From assembly GCA_030141605.1 (NCBI GenBank), contig JAQGDQ010002214.1, positions 1 through 8,371 on the forward strand: 8,371 nt of DNA, in the 5' to 3' direction. The position numbers and the translations under genes are program-made. This document shows, one piece after another, positions 1 through 8,341 of this stretch. The DNA is from Tubiluchus corallicola (Eukaryota > Animalia > Priapulida). Each line of letters opens with the position of its first letter. Positions within the stretch are counted from its first letter, which is position 1. The notes below the pieces were generated by a model that was not told the DNA's origin, made no database searches, and worked only from the letters and a program-made list of their open reading frames with translations.

Positions 1-1734
1 AAAAATAGAACATCTAATTAACTCGTCGGTACTCCTTTTGGTGGACATGTGCTAAAATATAGCCCACATCATCGTGTAGCCCCGTTCTTCCTCTTTCGAA
101 AGAGCTATATATCTCCTTTTGAGAATCCGACCAGGCGCCGCTAGAACGTTTTTTATACAGGGCGTTTAACCAAAATTTAAAAAAAAAACGCGAGTTGGAT
201 CCAGGAAAACGTTTGATTAACATTTCTCAGAAAACATGGTTGCCGTCACAAATAAATCAGTTTTGTGCTAAGCCTATATGTTAATCGACATTTGTAACTT
301 CTTCAAAATAGAATTCTATTGCTGACTGGTTCATTGTTAGCCTATATACATTTAGCTAGATCACGAGACTTAACGGTAGGTTTCAACTAAGATATTATAC
401 AAAAATATAAAATATAATGCAAAAAGGCAGTGCAAAAAAGTAAATTTAATTTGTTAATATAAATATCAGGTTTTAATTTTCAAATGATGTAACTAGTCTG
501 CAATGGAATACAAATGTTTACTTACCATTAAATTGTAGCATCTGCATTTTGTGTCGAGGTAAAGCAAAGTTAGCAAGTACTTAGATGCACAGATGAAGAA
601 GCTTGTGATCATTCACCATTAAATCCAACATCCTAAATGAAAGTGTATATTTGTAAGCAACTGAAATAAAAACGTATTGATACTATTATGTAACTACTGA
701 TAAAAGTTTATAAATACTATAAATCCCTTATAGAAAATAATATAATTCTGGCTTCAAAGGCCTGAATAAACTCTTGAACTCTTGAAAGACTGTTCTAAAT
801 TTTTATGAAGAATTTCTGAAGGTAAAATTGCTAAGACATTAGCATAGGTAGAACCCAGGTGAGTTTATTTATACAAATCAGTAACAGCACATGTTTATTC
901 AATGATCTCTGACAGCCAACTGCCCAGGTAAGTTTTCTATGAAGCAAGGAAGCCAGCAATTCAATGAAAGGTAAATGTTATGCATACTACATAGTTCAAG
1001 GATGAAAGTTTAGACTGCATATGAAGAAATAGACTTATTTTACAGCTGAAAGTTCTTGTGTGGGATTTTTTAATGTTTTAACCAGAGAATGCAATAATAT
1101 GACATAATAATAAAAAATAATGACATATGACATCTTGAGCTTCACGACAATTTTTGACAAAATTTAATACAGGTAACATGGCATGTACATTTAAAATTGT
1201 TACCCATGAATGCCAGCACAGGTATAAATCACAAATTTTATACAGGGTTAGTGCTAAATCAAGCACTGGGTGCAGCAAGTGATAAAAAATTTTAAGCCCG
1301 AGTCTCTACTAACAATTCTGTTTTCTTTTGCTTAAATCTTGCTTATCTTCAACAATGAACATGAAATAACCCCCAGCCGACAAGCCAACAAGACAGACAA
1401 AATTCTAGCTAATAACTTTTGCGGCCACCTGGGGAATTTATTAAAATGATCATTTGTGAAATTTATATGCCGATTTCATATATAATAAATAACATGCAGT
1501 ACAAGAAATTCGGTGTTTTTTTACTTTCACATCAGAACTTTTTTTAAAAATGTCGCTGAGCTTTACTGCATGTAATAATAAGTCCAAAAACAACTTTTTG
1601 CTTTTGATAAGTTTATCAGAGATTTGTGAATGAGGCTGTTAACTTTTTGTGCAAGAAAGCTCAGAAGAGAAACCTTTTGTTGTTTATGCCATCTGTTCAG
1701 ATTCACACTTTTCTTCACACAGATTAACAAAGGT

Positions 1735-1841
1735 ATTGATTTTTGCCATGTAAATGCAATCACTGACTTCGACCTATATCCTATGCTGAGGGCAGATGAA
1801 ATTCTTAGCAGACTGCATGGTGCTGAGTACATAACGATACT
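1735..1841 (+). pseudogene. Ty3/Gypsy reverse transcriptase fragment, 5' part
   Basis: Translates as IDFCHVNAITDFDLYPMLRADEILSRLHGAEYIT, matching the Gypsy RT pattern (C)VDYRxLNxxTxxDxYPxPRIDELLxxLxGAxYxT. Confidence 0.85.
1832..1841 (+). repeat. Target-site duplication of the RTE insertion, left copy
   Basis: TAACGATACT, 9/10 identical to 2486-2495, directly next to the RTE tail. Confidence 0.85.
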
Positions 1842-2485
1842 CCTTACCTTACCTTAGACCTTAGTCCTTCCCGTGCACGGATGCACATTGGGCAGACAGC
1901 ATTTTTCACTGGCTTCTATCGGCGGCTTCTCTTTCGATGTTCTCCCAACGTCTGTTCATAGCCCGAAGGTATTCTTTGAAAGATCTGCGCCATGTTGTTT
2001 TTGGCAGACCTCCTTTCCTTTTTCCACCAGGTGGCTCCCAGCGTAACGCTATTTTGGAGTGGCGTTGTTCTGGTAAGCGTAGAATATGTCCAGCCAATCT
2101 CGGCCTTCTCTCTGCAACTTTTTCTTGCAACCATCTTGATTGCGCCTGCTGTAGGACTTTCACATTGGTAACATGGCCACCGAACACATTTATGGTGGAA
2201 GACGTCCAGTTTCTTTGATATGGCCGCTGTAACTTTCCAGGTTTCGCTGGCATAAAGAGCGATTGGCAATAGTGTTGTACAAATGAAACTTGATTTTCTT
2301 GTCAATTTTCTTGTTTGCCCAGATTTTTCCCATCTTCCTAAATACTGCTTTGTCTATTCTCACCCTGACTTCACTTTCTGCGCCTCCATCACAACTCATC
2401 ACACTGCCAAGATATGAAAAGCTGGCAACGTTCCCAATCAGTTGACCTCTCACTGATATTTGTGCATCATTTTGCTGGTTTGTGG
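1842..2485 (-). mobile_element. Decayed, 5'-truncated RTE-clade LINE (RT thumb and C-terminal region with TAAGG-like tail)
   Basis: Three overlapping minus-strand ORFs join through frameshifts into one peptide: VASFSYLGSVMSCDGGAESEVRVRIDKA..FRKMGKIW / LLPIALYASETWKVT..KKLDVFHHKC / VTNVKVL..RLAGHILRLPEQRHSKIALRWEPPGGKRKGGLPKTTWRR..AADRSQ*KMLSAQCASVHGKD* (stop 1861-1863). The tail on minus reads TAAGGTCTAAGGTAAGGTAAGG. Flanks are TAACGATACT and TAACGATGCT. Confidence 0.9.
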
Positions 2486-2495
2486 TAACGATGCT
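2486..2495 (+). repeat. Target-site duplication of the RTE insertion, right copy
   Basis: TAACGATGCT, directly next to the RTE 5' truncation point. Confidence 0.85.
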
Positions 2496-2630
2496 AGATA
2501 TGACAAAATGCTATTGCCAGATTCCCTTGAAGGAAGACTCCAAGAAAATAACAACCTTCTTAAATGATACAGGCCAGTATCAATTCCTTAAACTTCTTTT
2601 TGGATTATGCAATAATGCTGCTTCTGCTAA
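2486..2630 (+). pseudogene. Ty3/Gypsy reverse transcriptase fragment, 3' part (not in the ORF track)
   Basis: From 2488 it translates as TMLDMTKCYCQIPLKEDSKKITTFLNDTGQYQFLKLLFGLCNNAAS, matching the Gypsy pattern TLDLxxGYWQIPLxExSKxKTAFxTxxGxYQFxxMPFGLxNAxA. Similarity ends before the YxDD motif; TAG at 2638-2640. Confidence 0.87.
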
Positions 2631-3804
2631 TGTATGGTAGTTTAAACTTAAGTAACCGGGACCAAATCGCATTTTTGTGAGAACAATAAATGTTAATTTT
2701 CTGTGTCAGACTTACCACGACGGTAAGGTCAGGCTTGCCTAAGTAGCATACAGAAGCGAAAACATGCAACACTTTACCTCACATTGAAGTCTATACAGTG
2801 GACTTGAAGAACTAATATGGAGAATATACTGTTTTTTATAGGAAGATATAAAAAGCAAAATAAGCATCAAATCTGCATGTCTCAGATGCAGATTATGAGC
2901 TGGTATATCCAAGGCTATATCTCAATTTTAAGTATTTATTTTGTATCAAAGGTATTTTTCTTCAAAACTAAGTGACATTATTGGCATAGTTGATACACAA
3001 ACATCTTTGTAGAATAATATCAAAATTTTGGTATATGGGCTGACATATTGGTGGAATTACGCAGAAGTCATTTGCACACTGGTCCCCTGGCTGGTAAACT
3101 TGCTAAATTAAACTTCCTTGTTTACTAAGTCTCAGTGATAATCAACTTTGAGATCTTTTCAGAATTGAAGCACATAATTAGCAGTCCAAGTTTGCATGCC
3201 AGTAACTGGGAAGTAGAAACAACTTCTGACATTTTTGTATCCATTACATGTAACTAAAATTTCACAGTAACTTGTCTGTTTACAAAGTCACGTATTTATG
3301 ACATCTGACTTAAAGCACAAGAAAACCCTCCACTTACAAGAAGCTTAAAAAAAATTTCGAAATTTTATATCACATACATATTTTTGTACACATATCACTT
3401 TTCATACTGGACTTTAGTCGGCAGTAACGCTGTACAAAACATGTATTTTTTAACACCTGCAATGACCGTTAGATGCAGCCATTTTGAAATTTGGTTATTT
3501 GAAATAAGTTTAGACGACATTGTGTAAAGTTTGAAAAAATAATCAGAGCATTCGTAGCGCACACGTCACTAAGTGAGCAAAATTCTATATTACTGCATCT
3601 TGTCAACAAGATTAAAAATACGGTTTTGGTTAGTGAATCGAGGGTGAATCAGCGACATTTTACCAATTGGTGGAAACATTTAAATAAGTAGTAATTTTCT
3701 CTTTCGTTATACAAGTCATTCTAGCAGGTTTGCAAAATGCTAAGTAATATAGATTTGCATGGAAAGTTTTATGGGACATAACATTGTCCTTTCTTCCCAT
3801 GATA

Positions 3805-3834
3805 TACGTGTGCATCGGTGACGTCAACCATTGG
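3805..3834. promoter_or_regulatory. CRE (TGACGTCA) and inverted CCAAT box inside a CpG-rich block
   Basis: TACGTG at 3805-3810, TGACGTCA at 3819-3826, ATTGG at 3830-3834. Motif match only. Confidence 0.25.
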
Positions 3835-5035
3835 CGTTTATCAGTGTATGAAGGACAGTGAAAAATTATGAATACGAGACAAGTGTATGCTTGCATAATA
3901 TAACGCTCTGTTTATCATAGATATGCATAAAAAAGTGTCTAAGTTGTAAATCAGAAGGCGTGGTTGTACTCCGGATTCGTGAGGATTTCATTGATACAGC
4001 CAACCACAATTTAAACTTTAGTAAACTTCGCAGCAGAGAGTTGGTCTGCTTTGCACTAGCACCTTCAGCTACAGGTTTCCGTTCTGGTACACCTTATAAA
4101 TCAAAAGGCCGTGAATAATTAGATTTAGGAATTTAAATTAAAAAAATAATCATTTTTCGAAGACACATGCCACCACGAGACATTAACTACCAGGCAGAAC
4201 TAACTGATAAAACAGGCAAGTAGGACAACACGCAGGAGCCGCTCACGGGAAATATATACTCGAGTCATAGAGTGTAGTAAGTTGGTTTGTCCTCAAGTCT
4301 CAAACAAGTAAAACGATGTATTACTTTCTTTCTTATTGGTTTTTTTCTTATTTCATTTTTTTTCACAGTGTGGGCAATCTAACAAGCCCTTCTTTAACAA
4401 CTGTATAACTCCACATTTTCTCTTCGAAAATGCTTCTCCGGTGTTCTAGCAGCTCAAAAATTTTCTGCGCACCAACCATGGTGGCGCCTCCCCCCCGAGT
4501 CTAGTTAATAGACTTATTATAAAGTCGTTTAACTGGCAATCAGAAATTAACTACGTTTAGTATTAAATTTCGGTTACAACAAGCAAGTCTGAATAAAGGC
4601 AAAGATTTGTTTCCCTTCCAATAATATGAACAACAACAACTGTGTAGTTGTATGGGCTTATAAGGCTGACTTGGTATGTGAATATATTTGTCAGTTTATT
4701 AGTCTTACCAAAATTAATGGTTAAAAAGGTAGATGAACACTATGTGCAGAACACTAGAACATTTGTGCAGTACTGATTACGAATCTTTTAAATAGATTAA
4801 ACTTTAATGAACAAATGCTTTGTGAGTCTTTTGCTAGTCTATAATCATAATACCAATGCAGGCGTATTTTTGTGTTTGCTTATTTATCTTTGTTTTTAAT
4901 CGAAAGAATTAATCAGGCAAAGAAGTTTACATTTGTTTGGCTTTGACAGAGCTCTGCTTCATACTGAGCACTTTCTAGTTTTATTATAGAAATCAATTGC
5001 ATCAGTATAAGGTATTTGCCATTATCTTTAAATTT

Positions 5036-5477
5036 GTGCCATTTTTTCAGTGCTATTTTTTCCTATGATAGTTTTACCTGTTTTATTTTTTACTGTGCCA
5101 TTTTTACCTGTGTTATTTTTTACTGTGTCATTTTTTCCATGCCATTTTTACCTGCGTCATTTTTTACTGTGTCATTTTTTCTATGCCATTTTTACTTGTG
5201 TTATTTTTTCCATGCCATTTTTTCCTGTACCATTTTTACTTGTGTCATTTTTTCCATGCCATTTTTACTTGTGTTATTTTTTCCATGCCATTTTTTCCTG
5301 TGCCATTTTTACTGTGTCATTCTTTACTGTGTCACTTTTTCCAGTGCCATTTTTTCCATGCCAATTTTTTCCTGTGCCATTTTTTGCTGTACAATTTTTT
5401 CTATGCCATTTTTACCGTGTCATTTTTGCTGTGCCATTTTTACCTACTTTTCCATTTGTGCCATTCTTACCGTGCAC
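5036..5477. repeat. Minisatellite, ~14-16-bp unit (consensus about TGTGCCATTTTTWCC), roughly 30 copies
   Basis: TG(C/T)CATTTTT recurs at ~15-bp spacing. It contains an exact 46-bp duplication (5183-5228 = 5256-5301) and ends in ...GCCATTCTTACCGTGCAC. Confidence 0.93.
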
Positions 5478-5930
5478 TGCGACAAACACGACTTTGAAAG
5501 GAACCCTGATAGTAACGCAGTATGAAGCAAATGCGAGCAGGTGGAAAGAAGTTGCTGAAAAAAGGAAAAAATCTAAGCAACCAAATCTAAGGTTTTGATG
5601 AAAAAACAAAAGGAGAAAGAAGAGGAAGAAAAATTGCTGAAAGGAAGCAACCAGAGGAGAGTGTTTATATTTTTATTTTATAATCTTATTTCTAATTCAG
5701 ATTTTGCTTTTCATACAAGCTGTTTATTAAACTTTATTAATTTAATTAGAAAGGCTTGAAAGAAACAGCAACACTTTATTGAATTACCTTAGTTTAAATA
5801 CAGTAAACATCAATTTTATGTGTACTTGTGCTTTAAATTTGTAAGAGTACAAACATTTTTGAAATTTCTGTAAACAATTTTTTATTACTTCCCAATCTTT
5901 TTTGTGGAATATTACAAATATTTTTAAGAA

Positions 5931-5965
5931 TCTCCAGAAAATTTTCTGGAAAGTTGACAAGTACA
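5931..5965. mobile_element. Candidate orphan terminus of a hAT-like DNA transposon with a subterminal palindrome
   Basis: Perfect 18-bp palindrome TCCAGAAAATTTTCTGGA (5933-5950) followed by AAGTTGACAAGTA. The minus strand reads TACTTGTCAACTTTCCAG, similar to CATACTTGCCAAC-type termini as I recall them. No partner end found. Confidence 0.3.
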
Positions 5966-6239
5966 GTACACCAGTTCAATACCACTAACAAATTCGTCTA
6001 GCTCAATAGTAATAACAGGTGAATTACTAAGCTATCAAGTAAAACAATAAAACGCCAGCCAACTTGTCTGATCTTACAAATGGGTACAAATAACTTAACA
6101 CATTTTCAGAGGCTGAGGGTTTCTATTTTGCAAGAACTGTTTACATTAGTTAACAAAACTGCATGAGGTGCTTCAGAAATGAATTAGTTTATTACTGGCT
6201 TCAGGCTATTTGATATAGTCGCTCTCATATCAGTGTGAC

Positions 6240-7568
6240 TCCCCTGATAACCCCACTAACTATAGGCCAATATCTTTACTTTCACCTATCTCCAAAATTT
6301 TTGAAAAATTGCTTTATGACAGACTAATTAAATTTATAAACGACAACAAAATTCTCTCTAGATTTCAGTTTGGATTTCACAAAAGATACTGCACAGCCTT
6401 AGCTATTGCTGAACTTATAGACAATCTGCTACTAAATATGGATCACAATAAGTACACCTGTGCCATATTTCTAGATTTGTCTAAGGCCTTTGATACTGTA
6501 CAACATGATATTTTACTAGCTAAACTTGAACACTATGGTATCAGAGGCCTGCCCCTTCAATTGATGCAGTCATATTTACACAATAGAAAACAATATACAT
6601 CTATCGCGAATAAAAACTCAGATCTGGTAAATGTGCAGTGTGGTGTTCCTCAAGGTTCAACTCTTGGTCCCCTTTTTTTCTTACTCTACATAAATGATCT
6701 CCCTTCAAATACCCAATTACATACTAGACTTTTTGCTGATGACACTAACTTTTTCAGTTCTGATACTAACATAAGTCACCTAGAAGAATTTCTTAATGTT
6801 GAACTAGCAAAGGTAGACCTATGGATGAGAGCCAACCGGCTTTCTATAAACTATTCCAAAACAAAATATATGATAATTGGTAATCCTAGAAAAGTAAAAA
6901 ATTTAACATTAAATTTGACAATGGGAAATACCAGGATACAATCTGTATATCAAATAAAATATCTAGGAGTATTAATAGATCACAATCTTTCATGGAAAGC
7001 ACATATACAATATATTGTTAACAAAACCAGTAAAATTATAGGTATTTTTTCAAAAATTAGGCATTTTCTGAATTATGATTCAAAAAAACTTCTATATTCT
7101 TCCCTATTTTCACCGTATTTAGAATACAGCATACTTACCTATGGCTCAGCACCCCATTCCACATTATATCCCCTAATTACAAATCAAAATAAATTTATAA
7201 AGCTTTGGACAAATACAAATAGAAGAGCCCATGTTACACCTTTATACCACCAGCATAAAATCTTAAAACTTCAGGATATATATAAATTAGAGATGGCCAA
7301 ATTTTTATATAGGTTTAAACACAATATGCTTCCTGAAATTTTTCAGAATTATTACAAATCTGTAGCCCAGATGCACGAGTATCATACACGATTTGCCACT
7401 AACCAAACTTTCTATGTACATAGATTTAATACTAACAAAGGGCAAAGATCTCTATCTTATCAAGGTGCTTTGTTGTGGAACAGCCTGTCTAATGAACTAA
7501 AAAATGGCACCTTTAGCAATTTGATAATTAACTATAAATCCTTTCTTATTTCTAATTACCATGTGTGA
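6240..7568 (+). CDS. LINE ORF2 reverse transcriptase plus C-terminal region, N-terminally truncated (no APE domain, no real start codon)
   Basis: The frame of ORF 6309..7568 stays open upstream to TAG at 6216-6218 and adds SPDNPTNYRPISLLSPISKIFEK. Non-LTR RT motifs occur in order: NYRPISLL, QFGF, IFLDLSKAFDTV, GVPQGSTLGPLFFLLYIND, LFADD, IKYLGV, then C-terminal HEYHTR...GALLWNSL. No stops or frameshifts. Confidence 0.93.
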   Translation, partial: SPDNPTNYRPISLLSPISKIFEKLLYDRLIKFINDNKILSRFQFGFHKRYCTALAIAELIDNLLLNMDHNKYTCAIFLDLSKAFDTVQHDILLAKLEHYGIRGLPLQLMQSYLHNRKQYTSIANKNSDLVNVQCGVPQGSTLGPLFFLLYINDLPSNTQLHTRLFADDTNFFSSDTNISHLEEFLNVELAKVDLWMRANRLSINYSKTKYMIIGNPRKVKNLTLNLTMGNTRIQSVYQIKYLGVLIDHNLSWKAHIQYIVNKTSKIIGIFSKIRHFLNYDSKKLLYSSLFSPYLEYSILTYGSAPHSTLYPLITNQNKFIKLWTNTNRRAHVTPLYHQHKILKLQDIYKLEMAKFLYRFKHNMLPEIFQNYYKSVAQMHEYHTRFATNQTFYVHRFNTNKGQRSLSYQGALLWNSLSNELKNGTFSNLIINYKSFLISNYHV

Positions 7569-8187
7569 CTTTTCTGCTAAGATTAAATCTGATAAATCTT
7601 CCCTGTTAGTGTTAATGTATTACTCTTGAGCTAATCTATTAACTATAATTATATTACCATATTATATCTTCTCATCAAAGTGTAAAATTGTTATTATTTC
7701 TTCGCAACTATGAAAAGGGAAGGTAAACAATAATTTTCAAATAAATCAAACAACTACAACAGTTTTCTCATACTTAATGTTTTATAGCTGTGCCTGCTCC
7801 AATTATGTTTTTACTACCATATTATGCTATTCTTACTTCATATATATTCACTTTATTATGATTATTTTGCTCATTGTTTCACAGTTATTATTAAGTTTTT
7901 ATTATATTTTGTTTGAGTTTATTACTACATATTTTGTTTCTTTCACTGATTTATTATTTATGTTTTTTTTTTGGTTGTTTTTTTTGGTTTGACTTTTTTC
8001 TAGTTTTTTTTGTTTTAATCGGTTAGTTAAATGCTTTACATATTTTGTTAATCATCATTTCATATTTTTCATTTTATTTCTTTATCGCATAGCTTACTTA
8101 GTTGTTTTGCTTTCATGTTTAATGTATCCCCCCCATAAATTCATGTTAACAGCAGCACCACAAATTTTTTACAATTTTCACTAACCT

Positions 8188-8239
8188 GAGAAGGGTAGCT
8201 GACTCGATGACCAATTGGTCTTTCGCTACCCTTTCTCCT
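8188..8239 (+). other. LINE 3'UTR terminal stem-loop (probable RT recognition structure)
   Basis: AAGGGTAGC (8191-8199) pairs with GCTACCCTT (8225-8233) and encloses the 12-bp palindrome GACCAATTGGTC (8209-8220). It is a GC-richer island ~110 nt before the tail in an otherwise T-rich UTR. Confidence 0.7.
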
Positions 8240-8341
8240 GCACCCCCTTAACTCTTTCCTTTATGCTTAATTTATCATTTTTAATCAATAACTAAAAAAT
8301 AATAATTAGTCAATTTGTATACATGTGTAAATGAGGAGATA

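Larger units (their letters stand above)
3314..5832. mobile_element. Candidate non-autonomous Kolobok-like DNA transposon (TTAA TSD, short imperfect TIR)
   Basis: TTAA|AGCACAAGAAAAC (3310-3326) and GTGTACTTGTGCT|TTAA (5820-5836) form a 12-bp perfect inverted match including TTAA, with 11/13 identity over the inner TIR and AG...CT termini. No transposase recognised. Confidence 0.35.

Noticed and set aside
14-1832. Minus-strand ORFs 14..223, 1078..1278 and 1563..1832
   Set aside because: Short with no recognisable motifs; consistent with chance ORFs.
1630-1857. 75-aa ORF as a gene
   Set aside because: It is a chimera of unrelated upstream sequence, the Gypsy fragment and the antisense RTE tail.
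1937-2218. 93-aa + strand ORF
   Set aside because: It is the antisense shadow of the RTE coding region.
2709-2894. Short hairpins CTTACC/GGTAAG (2711-2727) and AATCTGCAT/ATGCAGATT (2870-2894)
   Set aside because: Short and isolated, with no supporting terminus or RNA-gene context.
3660-3896. THAP-like look of FHCPSYTDKRQWL in the minus-strand ORF
   Set aside because: The C2CH zinc ligands and the CxxHF motif are absent.
5036-5477. CRISPR-like array
   Set aside because: Degenerate head-to-tail units, no unique spacers, no cas genes, eukaryotic context.
5016-5609. Long F/C-rich ORFs 5016..5525, 5050..5598, 5183..5497 and minus-strand 5412..5609
   Set aside because: The repeat unit has no stop codons on +, so all three + frames are open; these ORFs are minisatellite artefacts.
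6309-7568. Bacterial RT (retron, group II intron, DGR or defence RT)
   Set aside because: NYRPISLL/FADD/KYLGV motifs, the C-terminal region, the long 3'UTR and the microsatellite tail all indicate a eukaryotic LINE.
6233-7570. GTGTGACT at both the LINE 5' junction (6233-6240) and the ORF stop (7563-7570) as a TSD
   Set aside because: The element continues to the tail at 8371, so a real TSD would lie outside the window; an 8-mer match is plausible by chance.
7777-7992. Hydrophobic 71-aa ORF
   Set aside because: It results from the T-rich low-complexity LINE 3'UTR.
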